The translations under genes and the position numbers were made by a program. The notes under the pieces were generated by a model. The model worked only from the letters and a program-made list of their open reading frames with translations. It searched no databases and was not told the origin of the DNA. A stretch of DNA of 63,142 bases, the filler included, from Octopus bimaculoides (lineage: Eukaryota), in NCBI RefSeq assembly GCF_001194135.2. It is 10 parts of 10 records of this genome, joined end to end, with 100 filler letters (N's around TTAATTAATTAA, not from the genome) between each part and the next. Parts side by side here need not be neighbours in the genome. Positions count along the whole stretch, not along the records: positions 1 to 9,113 come from NC_068986.1; positions 9,214 to 23,763 come from NC_069000.1; 8 more parts are not named here. One strand, given 5' to 3'. Within the stretch, counting starts at the first letter, position 1, and each line of letters opens with the position of its first letter. Below, one piece after another: positions 1 through 13,809 of the stretch.

Positions 1-47
<47 letters not shown>

Positions 48-94
48 GACTACTGAATTTTGATCTAACTTTGGTGTGGAATTAATCAAATTAA

Positions 95-420
95 GCATGG
101 ATGTGGGTATGAGTTTTGCTTCCCAACCACATGTTTCCGCGTTCAGTCCCACAACGTGGTACCTTGGGTAGTATAGCCCTGGGCCGACCAAAGCCTTGTG
201 AGTAGATTTGGTAGACGGAAACTGAAAGAAGCCCGTCGTATGTAAATATAAATACATATACATTTGTGTGTATGTGTTGGTATTGGTAACAGCGGTTGGG
301 TAAAGAGACTGTCAAAATAAATACAAGGGTCGATTCGTTCAACTAAAATTCTTCAAGGCGCTGCCCGAACATGGCTGCAGTCTAATGACCGAAACAAGTA
401 AAAGATAAAAGGTAAAGATC
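95..420 (+). mobile_element. Composite SINE family B (tRNA-like head + internal microsatellite + conserved 3' module)
   Basis: The head is cttcccaaccacatg...gttcagtccca...gggccgaccaaagccttgtgagt.gatttggtagacggaaactgaaagaagcccgtcgta. A TA/TG tract follows, then gggtcgattcgttcaactaaa...catggctgcagtc..atgaccgaaacaagtaaaagataaaag. Confidence 0.8.
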
Positions 421-661
421 TGTCGGAAGTTTTCGATGTAATTATTCAAGAATAGTTGGTGCAAGTCTTTCAGTCGACCATATTACATATATTCAGGATC
501 ACAATTACTTTTTCTTGATATTTGTTCGATCACCAAAGTAGATAGCCTCGCTGTACAATTTGGGATAAAACCTGACATCTGAGAGTAAGGCTATCAAGGT
601 AGGTTGAAAAAACAAAACTTTTGAAAGTGTTCAATGATTTGATAGGAATATTGATTAACAA

Positions 662-703
<42 letters not shown>

Positions 704-759
704 CGATGATTAGGCACGGAATAAACATAGTTGAAGAATTCGACGCATACTACCGGTTG

Positions 760-1400
760 ATGTAGAAGTATTTAGCAAGTTTACAGCATCTGTAGAAATT
801 TGTGATCGGTTATTGTTGTGCATCCATGAGTCGTCCTTGACGGAGCGGTCTTATAAAGCCTGCATATAGTAAGCCGAACAACGAATCCATGTTGTCAGGT
901 ATCGCATGTCTCATGACTAAACTATACAATTCGACATAGTGTCTAGACATATTCCCTCTCCATGGTCCAGTGATTTCTGTTAGTCTGCAAATTTCGATGG
1001 TGACTACACCATAAGCGACAGTTGCTATTTTTCTGAACCTATTGTTGTTGTGCATCCCAGCACAGTATTTGATGCCAGTAAGGTTATTCATGTTGGAGCT
1101 ATTCCTGTGCTTTAGTAGCTTTCTTTTTGCGTGGAACTTAACTAAGTAGATGAGAGGATAGATACTTGTGGTTTTCCGTTCAAATAACTGCATGCTTTGG
1201 AAATGTTCTGGATTATTAGATTTGTTGTTAGTTTGTTAGGCAACGCTTTGTGTTGTTTCTTAAGATGGTGCTGAGGACTTTTTGTATAAGTGGAAAATGA
1301 AATGAACTGGAAACCTTTGTTGACATCGATGTTAAGTATCATGTCTATAATCATTACGTTCAATGTATAATATACAGCAGTGTCTATGTTGGAAATTATT
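760..1400 (-). mobile_element. Heavily decayed Penelope-like C-terminal/GIY-YIG region
   Basis: Fragments across frames include LFERKTTSIY..SSNMNNL...HNNNRF, NSNCR and LFGLLYAGF. These resemble PLE motifs IFNRNT.KLSYSCM.NM..HN, NCNCR and YIGL. The match is degenerate. Confidence 0.45.
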
Positions 1401-1735
1401 GTGTTGTTGAATTCTAAAAAAAAAAAACAAAAAAACTTGACTCTGCTTTTTAGGTGAACTCGTTTTATTCGGTCTTTTTGAAGTTTGTAACGATGTTTCT
1501 GTTTTCTTCAGTTTTGTAGTTCGTTTGGTGAAATATGTGTGTTGTTGCGAAGGGCTTACAAAGCATTGGAAGTTGGGATGATATTATGTAACCTCCTTTT
1601 GTTATCTCTACTATTTGAAAACTAGATGCTGATTGCGTTGAAATCCTTTCAATAATCGTGAGAATGTCAGTGTTACTTGGTGTGTGAAATCTGGTGGGAG
1701 GGTTGGTGATAGTGTATACATACATACATGTTGTT

Positions 1736-2036
1736 GGCACTCCGTCGCTTACGACGTCGAGGGTTCCAGTGGATCCGATCAACGGAACAGCCTGCTCGTG
1801 AAATTAACGTGCAAGTGGCTGAGCACTCCACAGACACGTGTACCCTTAACGCAGTTCTCAGGGATATTCAGCGTGACACAGTGTGACAAGGCTGACCTTT
1901 TGAATTACAGGCACAACAGAAACAGGAAGTAAAAGTGAGAGAAAGTTGTGGTGAAAGAGTACATCAGGGTTCGCCACCATCCCCTGTCGGAGCCTCGTGG
2001 AGCTTTAGGTGTTTTCGCTCAATAAACACTCACAAC
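1736..2036 (-). mobile_element. SINE family D copy (head lost in the N gap)
   Basis: gcactccgtcgcttacgacgtcgagggttccagtggatccgatcaacggaacagcctgctcgtgaaattaacgtgcaagtgg is nearly identical to 58004-58160. Confidence 0.8.
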
Positions 2037-5000
2037 NNNNNNNNNNNNNNNNNNNNNNNNNNNNNNNNNNNNNNNNNNNNNNNNNNNNNNNNNNNNNNNN
2101 NNNNNNNNNNNNNNNNNNNNNNNNNNNNNNNNNNNNNNNNNNNNNNNNNNNNNNNNNNNNNNNNNNNNNNNNNNNNNNNNNNNNNNNNNNNNNNNNNNNN
2201 NNNNNNNNNNNNNNNNNNNNNNNNNNNNNNNNNNNNNNNNNNNNNNNNNNNNNNNNNNNNNNNNNNNNNNNNNNNNNNNNNNNNNNNNNNNNNNNNNNNN
2301 NNNNNNNNNNNNNNNNNNNNNNNNNNNNNNNNNNNNNNNNNNNNNNNNNNNNNNNNNNNNNNNNNNNNNNNNNNNNNNNNNNNNNNNNNNNNNNNNNNNN
2401 NNNNNNNNNNNNNNNNNNNNNNNNNNNNNNNNNNNNNNNNNNNNNNNNNNNNNNNNNNNNNNNNNNNNNNNNNNNNNNNNNNNNNNNNNNNNNNNNNNNN
2501 NNNNNNNNNNNNNNNNNNNNNNNNNNNNNNNNNNNNNNNNNNNNNNNNNNNNNNNNNNNNNNNNNNNNNNNNNNNNNNNNNNNNNNNNNNNNNNNNNNNN
2601 NNNNNNNNNNNNNNNNNNNNNNNNNNNNNNNNNNNNNNNNNNNNNNNNNNNNNNNNNNNNNNNNNNNNNNNNNNNNNNNNNNNNNNNNNNNNNNNNNNNN
2701 NNNNNNNNNNNNNNNNNNNNNNNNNNNNNNNNNNNNNNNNNNNNNNNNNNNNNNNNNNNNNNNNNNNNNNNNNNNNNNNNNNNNNNNNNNNNNNNNNNNN
2801 NNNNNNNNNNNNNNNNNNNNNNNNNNNNNNNNNNNNNNNNNNNNNNNNNNNNNNNNNNNNNNNNNNNNNNNNNNNNNNNNNNNNNNNNNNNNNNNNNNNN
2901 NNNNNNNNNNNNNNNNNNNNNNNNNNNNNNNNNNNNNNNNNNNNNNNNNNNNNNNNNNNNNNNNNNNNNNNNNNNNNNNNNNNNNNNNNNNNNNNNNNNN
3001 NTGTGTGTGTGTCTGTGTGTGTGTGTGTGTGTAATAGAATAGATAGATAGATAGATAGACAAAAACATAGACAGAAAGAGAATGAGAAGGGATATGTTGC
3101 TGGCATAGCTAAGTGACAAGCAGGGGCTGAATAGTAGTTAAGCGAAATTATAGAGACTTTATTTCATGAACAAACGAGGAATAAAATTTGTGTTTACGTG
3201 AAAAGATTACATCAGGGAACCTATTGAGAAATTAGGGGTTATGGTAGCGGAAGTTATTACAAATATGGAGGTTGGTAATCTCTCAAACAACCATACCAAC
3301 ACCGACCTAAATGACACACATATACACTTACACACAAACACACACATACACATACACACGCACACACACTCAAACTCACACAAGCACATTTCGCCTTGAG
3401 TGTCATCCTTCTCCAATCCTCAAACCTTCTCGAATTGAAGACAAATGAAAAAGAAGTCGTGGAGATTGAATCATGGCAAACCGTGGCCAAGGGTGTAAAG
3501 GAAAATAACAGCCATTGACCATCGACCAGTAGAAAAAAAGAAAAACATTAAATTTGATGGTTTTCCAAAAAAGTATAGAGACCATCATCACAGCGATTAT
3601 AATAAGACCAACAGCAATATAAACAGGTTGTCAGAAACTGAGATGAAGTTACGAAAAGTTTGGCCAGGTTCACCCACCCGAAAAAATTTCTTAAAGAAAA
3701 TTTTCCTAAAAAAACCGGGCAGAGTCAGTGAATACATACATCATCTTCATTATCTATCATCAGCTAACCATCGGGCATGAACTAGTTTTCGTTTGATTAG
3801 ATTGGAGCATCAGCTCTTTAAACTTCTATCTCAAGGCGTTCCACTGCTCACAATGTCTAAATGCTACGAACTTCCTCTGCACGGACGACTCGGTATTCCT
3901 TGGTTGATAATGTACTGAAGTCGACCTAGAGACAGAGCACCAAAAAATCAAGAAGTTTTCCCTACTCCTCGTTACACAAAGCCCACTGGAAGACCACAAT
4001 TACCAATGTCGGCCCATCGTGCAAGACGATGGAAAGGATGTGGAGGCTGATGAAAGGTAGAAAAGTCGAGGAGGGCAGAAAAAAGGCATAATGAGCCCAA
4101 AGTATGACGAGCGAAAGAGCATGAAATTTACGATTTTTCGAATCATCAAATATTTTCTGTTGGATCTGCAAAACGAACTGGAAATGACGAGAGATTTAGA
4201 TGGTGTGATCCTTATTTAGAGTAGATGATAAATTATTGTAAAAACCTACGTTAGTACTCTATACTCATGCTAAAATAGGACAACCAAGAAGATGTGAGAT
4301 GCTCGTTACGTTAGGTGATTGTCTGAGACACTTTCAATATAAGGTGAAATACTCGTGCATACACACACACGTACACACATAAACACAGACGTACACACAC
4401 AAAATGTTTTATTAAAGTTGAAAAACTGCATAAATAGTTATCAAGCTTCAGGTTACCGAACATCAGACAGTTGCGTGTATTAAGAACAATACTATGCTAA
4501 TTCTCTCCGCCTTATTTTGTATCCACGCGGTCGCTTTGTGTATGTATGTATGCATGCTTGCATGTATGTATGTATGTATGTATGTATGTAGGTAGGTAGG
4601 TAAGTAGGTATGGATGTATGTATGTACATATATATGTTGAAAATTTATGGCGAGAATATCAAAACACGAAATGAAATGAAAAGGAAGTGTAATTATTAGT
4701 TAAGCGTTAAATGAAAGATCAGTAAAAAAAATGGAAGCGTTCTTGACGTTTCGAGCTAAGAATCTTCCGAAAGATAGATAGAAGCAATATTATATATATA
4801 TNNNNNNNNNNNNNNNNNNNNNNNNNNNNNNNNNNNNNNNNNNNNNNNNNNNNNNNNNNNNNNNNNNNNNNNNNNNNNNNNNNNNNNNNNNNNNNNNNNN
4901 NNNNNNNNNNNNNNNNNNNNNNNNNNNNNNNNNNNNNNNNNNNNNNNNNNNNNNNNNNNNNNNNNNNNNNNNNNNNNNNNNNNNNNNNNNNNNNNNNNNN

Positions 5001-5770
5001 NNNNNNNNNNNNNNNNNNNNNNNNNNNNNNNNNNNNNNNNNNNNNNNNNNNNNNNNNNNNNNNNNNNNNNNNNNNNNNNNNNNNNNNNNNNNNNNNNNNN
5101 NNNNNNNNNNNNNNNNNNNNNNNNNNNNNNNNNNNNNNNNNNNNNNNNNNNNNNNNNNNNNNNNNNNNNNNNNNNNNNNNNNNNNNNNNNNNNNNNNNNN
5201 NNNNNNNNNNNNNNNNNNNNNNNNNNNNNNNNNNNNNNNNNNNNNNNNNNNNNNNNNNNNNNNNNNNNNNNNNNNNNNNNNNNNNNNNNNNNNNNNNNNN
5301 NNNNNNNNNNNNNNNNNNNNNNNNNNNNNNNNNNNNNNNNNNNNNNNNNNNNNNNNNNNNNNNNNNNNNNNNNNNNNNNNNNNNNNNNNNNNNNNNNNNN
5401 NNNNNNNNNNNNNNNNNNNNNNNNNNNNNNNNNNNNNNNNNNNNNNNNNNNNNNNNNNNNNNNNNNNNNNNNNNNNNNNNNNNNNNNNNNNNNNNNNNNN
5501 NNNNNNNNNNNNNNNNNNNNNNNNNNNNNNNNNNNNNNNNNNNNNNNNNNNNNNNNNNNNNNNNNNNNNNNNNNNNNNNNNNNNNNNNNNNNNNNNNNNN
5601 NNNNNNNNNNNNNNNNNNNNNNNNNNNNNNNNNNNNNNNNNNNNNNNNNNNNNNNNNNNNNNNNNNNNNNNNNNNNNNGTAGAAGACACTTGCCCAAGGT
5701 GCCATGCAGTGGGACTGAACCCAGAACCATGTGGTTCGTAAGGAAGCTACTTACTACACAGCCACTCCTA

Positions 5771-5840
<70 letters not shown>

Positions 5841-6379
5841 CATACACATACATACATATATGTGTGTGTCTGTGTATATGCACCTGTATGTATATGAATG
5901 TGTGTATATGTATAAATACATACATACACATACAACAAGCACAAATACGTACAAATCTATGCAAAATCACACGCTGTTTAAGCACTTTGTAACGCGTTTT
6001 GTATTAAACGCAGAAGCCCTTGTGGCAAATAGTGTGAAAGAATTATTATTATGGCACCTAGATTAAATTACGTAGAAGAAACAAAAGCTGCTCTCATTGA
6101 CACATGCTCACACATTCAGAAACACGCGCGTGCGCGCAAATAGAGACACACGCACACATTGACATGCACTCAGACACACAGACATCGCACACATACACAC
6201 ACAATTACAGCTAGACAAGGGCATTACCATATCAAAGCAGCAATCAGAAGATATTGCACTGCAAATAAATAAATAAATAAAACGTAAAAAAAAAAAAAAA
6301 ATCAACAACACCATCGACTGCAAAACTATAAATTTAATAGCTCTTAGAGGCATTAACAAGTATCATTCCCCTATCCACG

Positions 6380-7628
6380 ATCATCAACACACCATCATCA
6401 CCTCCAGTATTACCATCACCATCTTACTGTCATCATTGCCATCACCAGCAGCACCAGCAGCAGCACCACCATCATTATCATCATCTGTACGACCGCTAGC
6501 ATCATTACAACGTTCTCTTCTTCACTAGAACTACCATCAGCACGATGATAACGACGACCACCACCACCGCCACCACCGCCACCACTACCACCACCACCAA
6601 CACCAGCATCCACCCATCATCGCCACCACCACCATTGCCACCCCCACCGTCGCGGTCACCATNNNNNNNNNNNNNNNNNNNNNNNNNNNNNNNNNNNNNN
6701 NNNNNNNNNNNNNNNNNNNNNNNNNNNNNNNNNNNNNNNNNNNNNNNNNNNNNNNNNNNNNNNNNNNNNNNNNNNNNNNNNNNNNNNNNNNNNNNNNNNN
6801 NNNNNNNNNNNNNNNNNNNNNNNNNNNNNNNNNNNNNNNNNNNNNNNNNNNNNNNNNNNNNNNNNNNNNNNNNNNNNNNNNNNNNNNNNNNNNNNNNNNN
6901 NNNNNNNNNNNNNNNNNNNNNNNNNNNNNNNNNNNNNNNNNNNNNNNNNNNNNNNNNNNNNNNNNNNNNNNNNNNNNNNNNNNNNNNNNNNNNNNNNNNN
7001 NNNNNNNNNNNNNNNNNNNNNNNNNNNNNNNNNNNNNNNNNNNNNNNNNNNNNNNNNNNNNNNNNNNNNNNNNNNNNNNNNNNNNNNNNNNNNNNNNNNN
7101 NNNNNNNNNNNNNNNNNNNNNNNNNNNNNNNNNNNNNNNNNNNNNNNNNNNNNNNNNNNNNNNNNNNNNNNNNNNNNNNNNNNNNNNNNNNNNNNNNNNN
7201 NNNNNNNNNNNNNNNNNNNNNNNNNNNNNNNNNNNNNNNNNNNNNNNNNNNNNNNNNNNNNNNNNNNNNNNNNNNNNNNNNNNNNNNNNNNNNNNNNNNN
7301 NNNNNNNNNNNNNNNNNNNNNNNNNNNNNNNNNNNNNNNNNNNNNNNNNNNNNNNNNNNNNNNNNNNNNNNNNNNNNNNNNNNNNNNNNNNNNNNNNNNN
7401 NNNNNNNNNNNATGAACATCACCAACTTCACTGCAATTGCCACCAAAATAACTATTCTCATTCCAGTACACTAACCACCATTATGACTATCACGGTCGTC
7501 ACTATTACCACCACCTCATTCGTCACCATCGATTCCGCCGCCACTACCACGCTGCCCGCCATTACTGTAACCACTACCCGAGTGACCGTCACCGTCATTG
7601 TCACCACCAACGCCATTACAATGACCAT

Positions 7629-7699
<71 letters not shown>

Positions 7700-8210
7700 T
7701 TACGTCCACACAAATATTTACCATCTGTATCCCTAACATCAATACTACAACCTTAAAAACAGCCACTTCTACCACCACAATAACAATCACTCCATCACTG
7801 CCCCCACCGCTGCTGCCACCGCTGTGGCCACTGCCGCCACTGCTGCCAATACCACTTTCACGGCTACAACAACAACAAAACAATCCCCACCACCACTATC
7901 ACAATATTTTCGCTAACATCACCACCTACACTGAAGTCACTACCACCGCAACCATCATCACCACTATCTACAATAGCCACCTCCACCATCTTTATTTACT
8001 ACACACGACTCTTCCGCCATATTTAACAGCCTTCGCTCCACTATCCAGATTCTGTACTCTACTCTGTGCCCTGTATCATCTCACCCTTCTCTTACCCTTT
8101 CACATCCCTTCTCTCTCTATCTCTCTCTCTCTCCCCCTCCCCCCTCACTCTCCTTCTCTGCTCCTTACCCATCCTACTCCTACTACCTCCCTCCTCTTCC
8201 TCCTCCTCCC
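6380..8210. repeat. Mixed trinucleotide low-complexity tract (CAC/CAT/ACC/ACT) with gap
   Basis: Degenerate (CAC)n, (CAT)n and a pure (ACT)n at ~7630-7700. A similar tract lies at 38830-39920. Confidence 0.9.
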
Positions 8211-8539
8211 CCAACAAAGGTTTCAGTAATTAGCTGCCAACTCTTGTGTACTGGAAATGTAACCCTCACCAAATAAACCAGCATTCTCAACTTGCATGTT
8301 TTATTGATTCCACTATTCTGCTCCACACAGTTCGCCTTGATTGATAGCCCTTTGGGCCACCCCCATCTACCCACTGTCCCTCTCAGCCCCTCGCCTCATA
8401 TGCACTTTTCTCCCCCTTCCTTCATAAACACAATCTCTTTCTCATCTTTCATTCTCTCATTTTTTCCTTTCCTATTTCGTTTATTCCCTTCCATAGTTCC
8501 TTCACTCATTTCTTTGTTTTTAACTTTGCTTTCGTTCCT

Positions 8540-8591
<52 letters not shown>

Positions 8592-9113
8592 TCAGCCATT
8601 TTTCTCCTTTTTTTCTTTTTTTTCCTTACATTTTTTTTCAATAAATCATACAAAGAGTATCTCCTTTACTTTTTTCTATTCAGTCTCACAATCTTTTCTT
8701 TCTCCCTTTCTTCCCTCGTTTTCCGTTCACCCTGTTTCTACCAACTCTTCCGCTTTTTCTCTGATGCTAATCCGAGAATCTTGCACCCTGTTCCCTAACG
8801 CATTCCTTGAGGTGGTATGATAGAAATCCAGAGCAAGAACTGAGTAAAACTTTAGATTCGAATAAATTATGCATGCATGCATACATACAAACATACATAC
8901 ATACACACATACATGCATACATACATACATACATACATACATACATACATACATAGTCAACAGCTATTGAAAAAGTTGCAAGACGCGACGAAAATTTTAG
9001 AAAAATAAATAAATGAGTGGAAATTTTACCGGTGAGTGTTTTAAATTATACGGTACTAAAAGAGAATGACTCGCCCCAGACACAACAGAATATGCTTCAG
9101 CGCACGAACTCAC

Positions 9114-9213
9114 NNNNNNNNNNNNNNNNNNNNNNNNNNNNNNNNNNNNNNNNNNNNTTAATTAATTAANNNNNNNNNNNNNNNNNNNNNNNNNNNNNNN
9201 NNNNNNNNNNNNN
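9114..9213. other. Artificial 100-bp assembly join (44 N + TTAATTAATTAA + 44 N); one of nine
   Basis: Identical constructs occur at 23764-23863, 34451-34550, 40730-40829, 46429-46528, 49057-49156, 51744-51843, 59225-59324 and 61009-61108. The linker contains stop codons in all six frames. Confidence 0.95.
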
Positions 9214-9295
9214 TATATATATATGAATTTATATAGATCTATAAATTCATTTTTTATATATAATTAATATTATAGTTATTATTTTTCTTTTCGTT

Positions 9296-9337
9296 CTTCT
9301 TCTTCTCCTCCCCCATCTTCTTCTTCTTCTTCTTCTT

Positions 9338-9431
<94 letters not shown>

Positions 9432-9480
9432 CTATCGCTGTTGCTGTTATCACTATTATTATTATTATTATCATTGTTAA
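9296..9480. repeat. (TTC)n-(TTA)n compound microsatellite
   Basis: Read directly. Other long tracts include (AAC)n 661-705, (TTA)n/(TAG)n 24970-25072, (TTA)n 25200-25276, (GA)n 56630-56706, (TG)n 51844-51995, (TA)n(TG)n 59855-59975 and many (TA)/(CA)/(TATG) tracts. Confidence 0.9.
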
Positions 9481-9717
9481 AATTTTCAAGAAAATATCAA
9501 AGGATGCGAGAAAATCCGCAATGTCGTCATGTTTTGTAACATCTCTTGTTTGCTCAAAAGCAGGGCATGCGTTATTGGTAAATAATTGTACAGAAAATCA
9601 ATACTGGCAATAAGGAATCTATGCTGTGTGTAACATCTTTCCTCAACTGATCTCATTAAGCATGCATGAAATTCTTTTTGTCATTTCGTCGTACAAACGC
9701 AAAATATTTTCAGAATA

Positions 9718-9764
<47 letters not shown>

Positions 9765-10098
9765 CCGCTATTTTTCTCACCGATTGTCATAAACTTGCAT
9801 GCAACATTAGAGTGTTATGTTATTCATTCGGAGTTCTCTCCGCATGATTGTATACAGTAGCATGGGAGGTAGAATAGAATATTTTCAATAACATATTAAT
9901 TTGTTTTCATTTTAAAATTCCGCCACTGTTTGCAAATATTAGATATTAGTTACGGCTTACTATTTCACTTCACCAGCACCTAGTTTCGTGTCTGTACCCA
10001 TTACGCAGCCCTTTTAGGAAAATGTCTCCCAGAATATACACAAACCGACTAGTATCTTCAGGCATATGTGTGTGTGTGTGTTTGGGTGTGTGTGTTTG

Positions 10099-10130
<32 letters not shown>

Positions 10131-10197
10131 TAAGTGCGTGTGCATAGATGTACATATGTATATATATATGTATGTTTGTTCGTATATGTATGTTTGT

Positions 10198-11035
10198 TCG
10201 GTGGAATTCGAACTCAGTGCGCAAAGGACGAAATGTCGCTAAGCACTTTAAGTTTTGAGTTGAAGATTCTCTATATCAGGTGCTAACGTAAATAAGCTAG
10301 TTAGCTAAGAAATATTAATTGATTGAAAACATATCGGCACTTTGAAGAAATAATTAGGTCAATCATTGATTTTGTGCAATAAAAGCAGAGAAGGCAAAAC
10401 TAGAAAGGTAATTTGCTATAAAATTGAGAAGGGAAGCAATGTAATAACAAAAAGATTACTAAGATCTTTCATGGACCATGGCATTACCATTATGCTCTTA
10501 TCACCAGTTTGCAAGGGTGAAAGGTAAATATATGTCTATATATATATATATATATATATATNNNNNNNNNNNNNNNNNNNNNNNNNNNNNNNNNNNNNNN
10601 NNNNNNNNNNNNNNNNNNNNNNNNNNNNNNNNNNNNNNNNNNNNNNNNNNNNNNNNNNNNNNNNNNNNNNNNNNNNNNNNNNNNNNNNNNTATATAGACA
10701 TATATTTACCTTTCACCCTTGCAAACTGGTGATAAGAGCATAATGGTAATGCCATGGTCCATGAAAGATCTTAGTAATCTTTTTGTTATTATATTGCTTC
10801 CCTTCTCAATTTTATAGCAAATTACCTTTCTAGTTTTGCCTTCTCTGCTTTTATTGCACAAAATCAATGATTGACCTAATTATTTCTTCAAAGTGCCGAT
10901 ATGTTTTCAATCAATTAATATTTCTTAGCTAACTAGCTTATTTGCGTTAGCACCTGATATAGAGAATCTTCAACTCAAAACTTAAAGTGCTTAACGACAT
11001 TTCGTCCTTTGCGCACTGAGCTCGAATTCCACCGA
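10198..11035. repeat. ~345-bp near-perfect inverted duplication centred on (TA)n plus a 129-N gap
   Basis: 10198-10542 is the reverse complement of 10691-11035 with four transitions (left-arm positions 10212, 10239, 10289, 10441). Confidence 0.9.
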
Positions 11036-13766
11036 TGTTGACCTTACATTTCAACCTTTCGGTGTCGATAAAGCGAGTTCCAGGAGAGCGCTGGGGTCGC
11101 TATAACCGATATACCTCCTCCCCCAAATTTCTGGCCTTGTACCAAAATTTTAAAACAATATTAACGATCCCACGCACGCGTATATAGATAAAATAATGAA
11201 CAGATTATACTGCATTATGAGATGTTATTAAATTTAGAAGAAAAAAATTACTTTTGCACAATTTTAATCACCCTGTATAAATTTGTTTAAATTAATTATT
11301 AACAAAGTCCTATCTTATTAAATTTAGTCACGCGTCTAAATTTAGGTGGAAAATTATTATTAATGATTTTTCTGATATAAGTTTTGGTATATAATATGAG
11401 CCTGCAGTGATTCATATGCAAAGTCAATAAGATTTTGTACATGAATATGTTTTTCACTTTTGTACATAATAGCAGCTTTATATAATTGTACGACCGATAG
11501 ATTTGCTAAGGTATATTGTGATTGAAAACGTATGAATACACTGTTCTCTAGATTTTGCCTCTGAGTAAGAAAAAGATAAAGAGAGAGAGAGAGGTAGGGG
11601 GATATAGAACGCGTGTGTGAATGTGTCTATCTTTATGTGTATTGTAGAAAGATAAGGAGAATATGGATGGCGGTGGGAGAGAGCGTATGAGAGAAACTAT
11701 GTGTGTGTTGTGGGAGAGTGTGTATGGTGTGTGATGATTTCAATAGTATTCGGTTTGCATGACTCTGTTCTTCGTCAAAGCACTGGTCTCATTTTGCATT
11801 TTGCTCCCACAAAATTTAAGCAGTTAGGACTGATGGTGGTGGTTTGATGATGGGAATAGAATAGATGATGGGAATAGATGTGCTGCAATTTGCCAACATC
11901 ATGACTTCTTAGAAACTGCGAGGAACATTATGATAGATGGTGCTACAAGATTGAGAATTTCTTGACACAGTGTATTGTTCAGAGTAGATATAAGAATATG
12001 AGATATATGAAGCAAGTTAAAGTAAATTGCATGGCATTTATGTTATTTTGTAATTATCTGCGTGGGTAATATAACATCACCTATGTACCTAGTGTTGATT
12101 AGAAGCATTTCAGAAGATTATAACTCCTTTTCGCAAGGAGAGGAATTTAAATCAGTTTACGTTGGAGTTTAAAGGTTATTTTCTAATTGCTATTTACATA
12201 ACATCTGTTCGAGTCACCACAGAAATATTTCTAAAAATGCTTTATTTACTTGCTTGAGGTTTATGCACTTTGCTATTACCTGCCAACGAAAATAAATCAA
12301 GACAAAGAAAGCAATTAGAACAGCTTTTACAGTCCCATTAACTGGAAATAAATTGTTTTCTTCCTAATAACATGGAGAAATGCATATGAAATCTGTTCCT
12401 TGCTGAAGTCAATTATATTATGTCACAAAGCTAACGCAATCGGAAAATGTCAGATAATGCTGAAGGATATTTCAGATTTTGAACCCTGTTTTTACTCAAT
12501 CTCTCAGGAGATAAAAATTTATCTTCACACGCAGATATAATGCTTCTTACCGATGAAGGACATCCTTATGTTCGTTTCGTTTTGTCTATTATTCTGATTA
12601 GATAACAAAATTATGTTCATTATATTAAGAGTTCGTAAATATATTGGATTGCAGAACTAAGGTATTTGCTAGTATATAATTATTTTCCCTCTAAACAATA
12701 CTGACTCCAAATGCTGGCAGGCTTGATCATTCCAATAATTTAACTATGGTCGGTCAAATTATACACCAGAAACTATTACGCTGTTATTAAAATATCTACC
12801 ACAATAGGAAAGATCTAAAACTGATAAATGAATGTCATATACAACACCGTAACACTTTCACATTGGAAATGCAGCCTTCAGTTATTTAAAACTAGTCGTG
12901 ACATTGTCACTGCTGCATACAAATTTCATCGTATTTCTCAATAAATTTTATTTTAAAATCCCGATAATTACTTTTCATTTCTATGTTGTGTTTTTTTTAA
13001 TATATAAACTTCATTTGTTTCATCCCGTCTTCATGACATTCTTCAATTTTTTTTTGCATCGTTTCTTATGCATTGACTTTCAGAATCTGTGGCAACAACA
13101 TTTTCGTCCGCAGGTTGTTATTTACCCCCTGTGCAGGCTCAACCCAAACACTTTTCAGCAATTACATAAAATTTAACCTCTTCATTTAGTTTCATGTGTT
13201 CTCGGGTTCCCTTCGTTTTATATTATAAACGTACAAGGTTACATGAAACATATTACATTCATGAACATGTTGGGATGTTCTTAACTTCCTTGTAAAAACT
13301 ATTCTGTCTAAAATCAAGCGAACATATTGAAGCGAATCATTAACTATATTTCTTTTATCGTCCATACGTCTGTTATCGGCGCCTTGTGGGTAAAAAAAGA
13401 TATTTAACGCAAGCGGTGGTTCCAGGAAGAATGTAAAATGGAGAAATAATTGCAAAACTTTAAGTCTTGCAATATTAAATGTCGCAGACAAATGTTCATG
13501 CAACTCACCTATTTCAATGCTAATACGAATATAATTACAGTTTATATTTTAGAATTAGCTTCGTTAATGTTTAATCGCGTTGTAGTTCTATTCCGTGGTT
13601 CATGGTTATACGTATATTCTGTTGCCGATCCTATCGCATTCCTTATTCTATGATTAGTGATTCTTACTAAAGAAAAACGTTATATGATCAAGAAAAAAGA
13701 CACAGTATGTGTATGTACAAATACATACATACGTATATATATATGTACATATATGTATGTGTGAGT

Positions 13767-13809
<43 letters not shown>

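Noticed and set aside
6416-8229. Mucin-like Thr/Pro-rich ORFs (e.g. 7483-8229)
   Set aside because: All frames are low complexity, no splice context is evident, and a similar tract recurs at 38830-39920.
9158-9169. Recurrent TTAATTAATTAA as a biological motif
   Set aside because: It is always centred in exactly 100-bp N blocks, so it is an assembly linker.
13084-13169. Possible terminal exon after a good acceptor (..gactttcag|AATCTGTGG; SVATTFSSAGCYLPPVQAQPKHFSAIT*)
   Set aside because: It has no recognisable homology or partner exon, and such acceptors arise by chance in AT-rich DNA.
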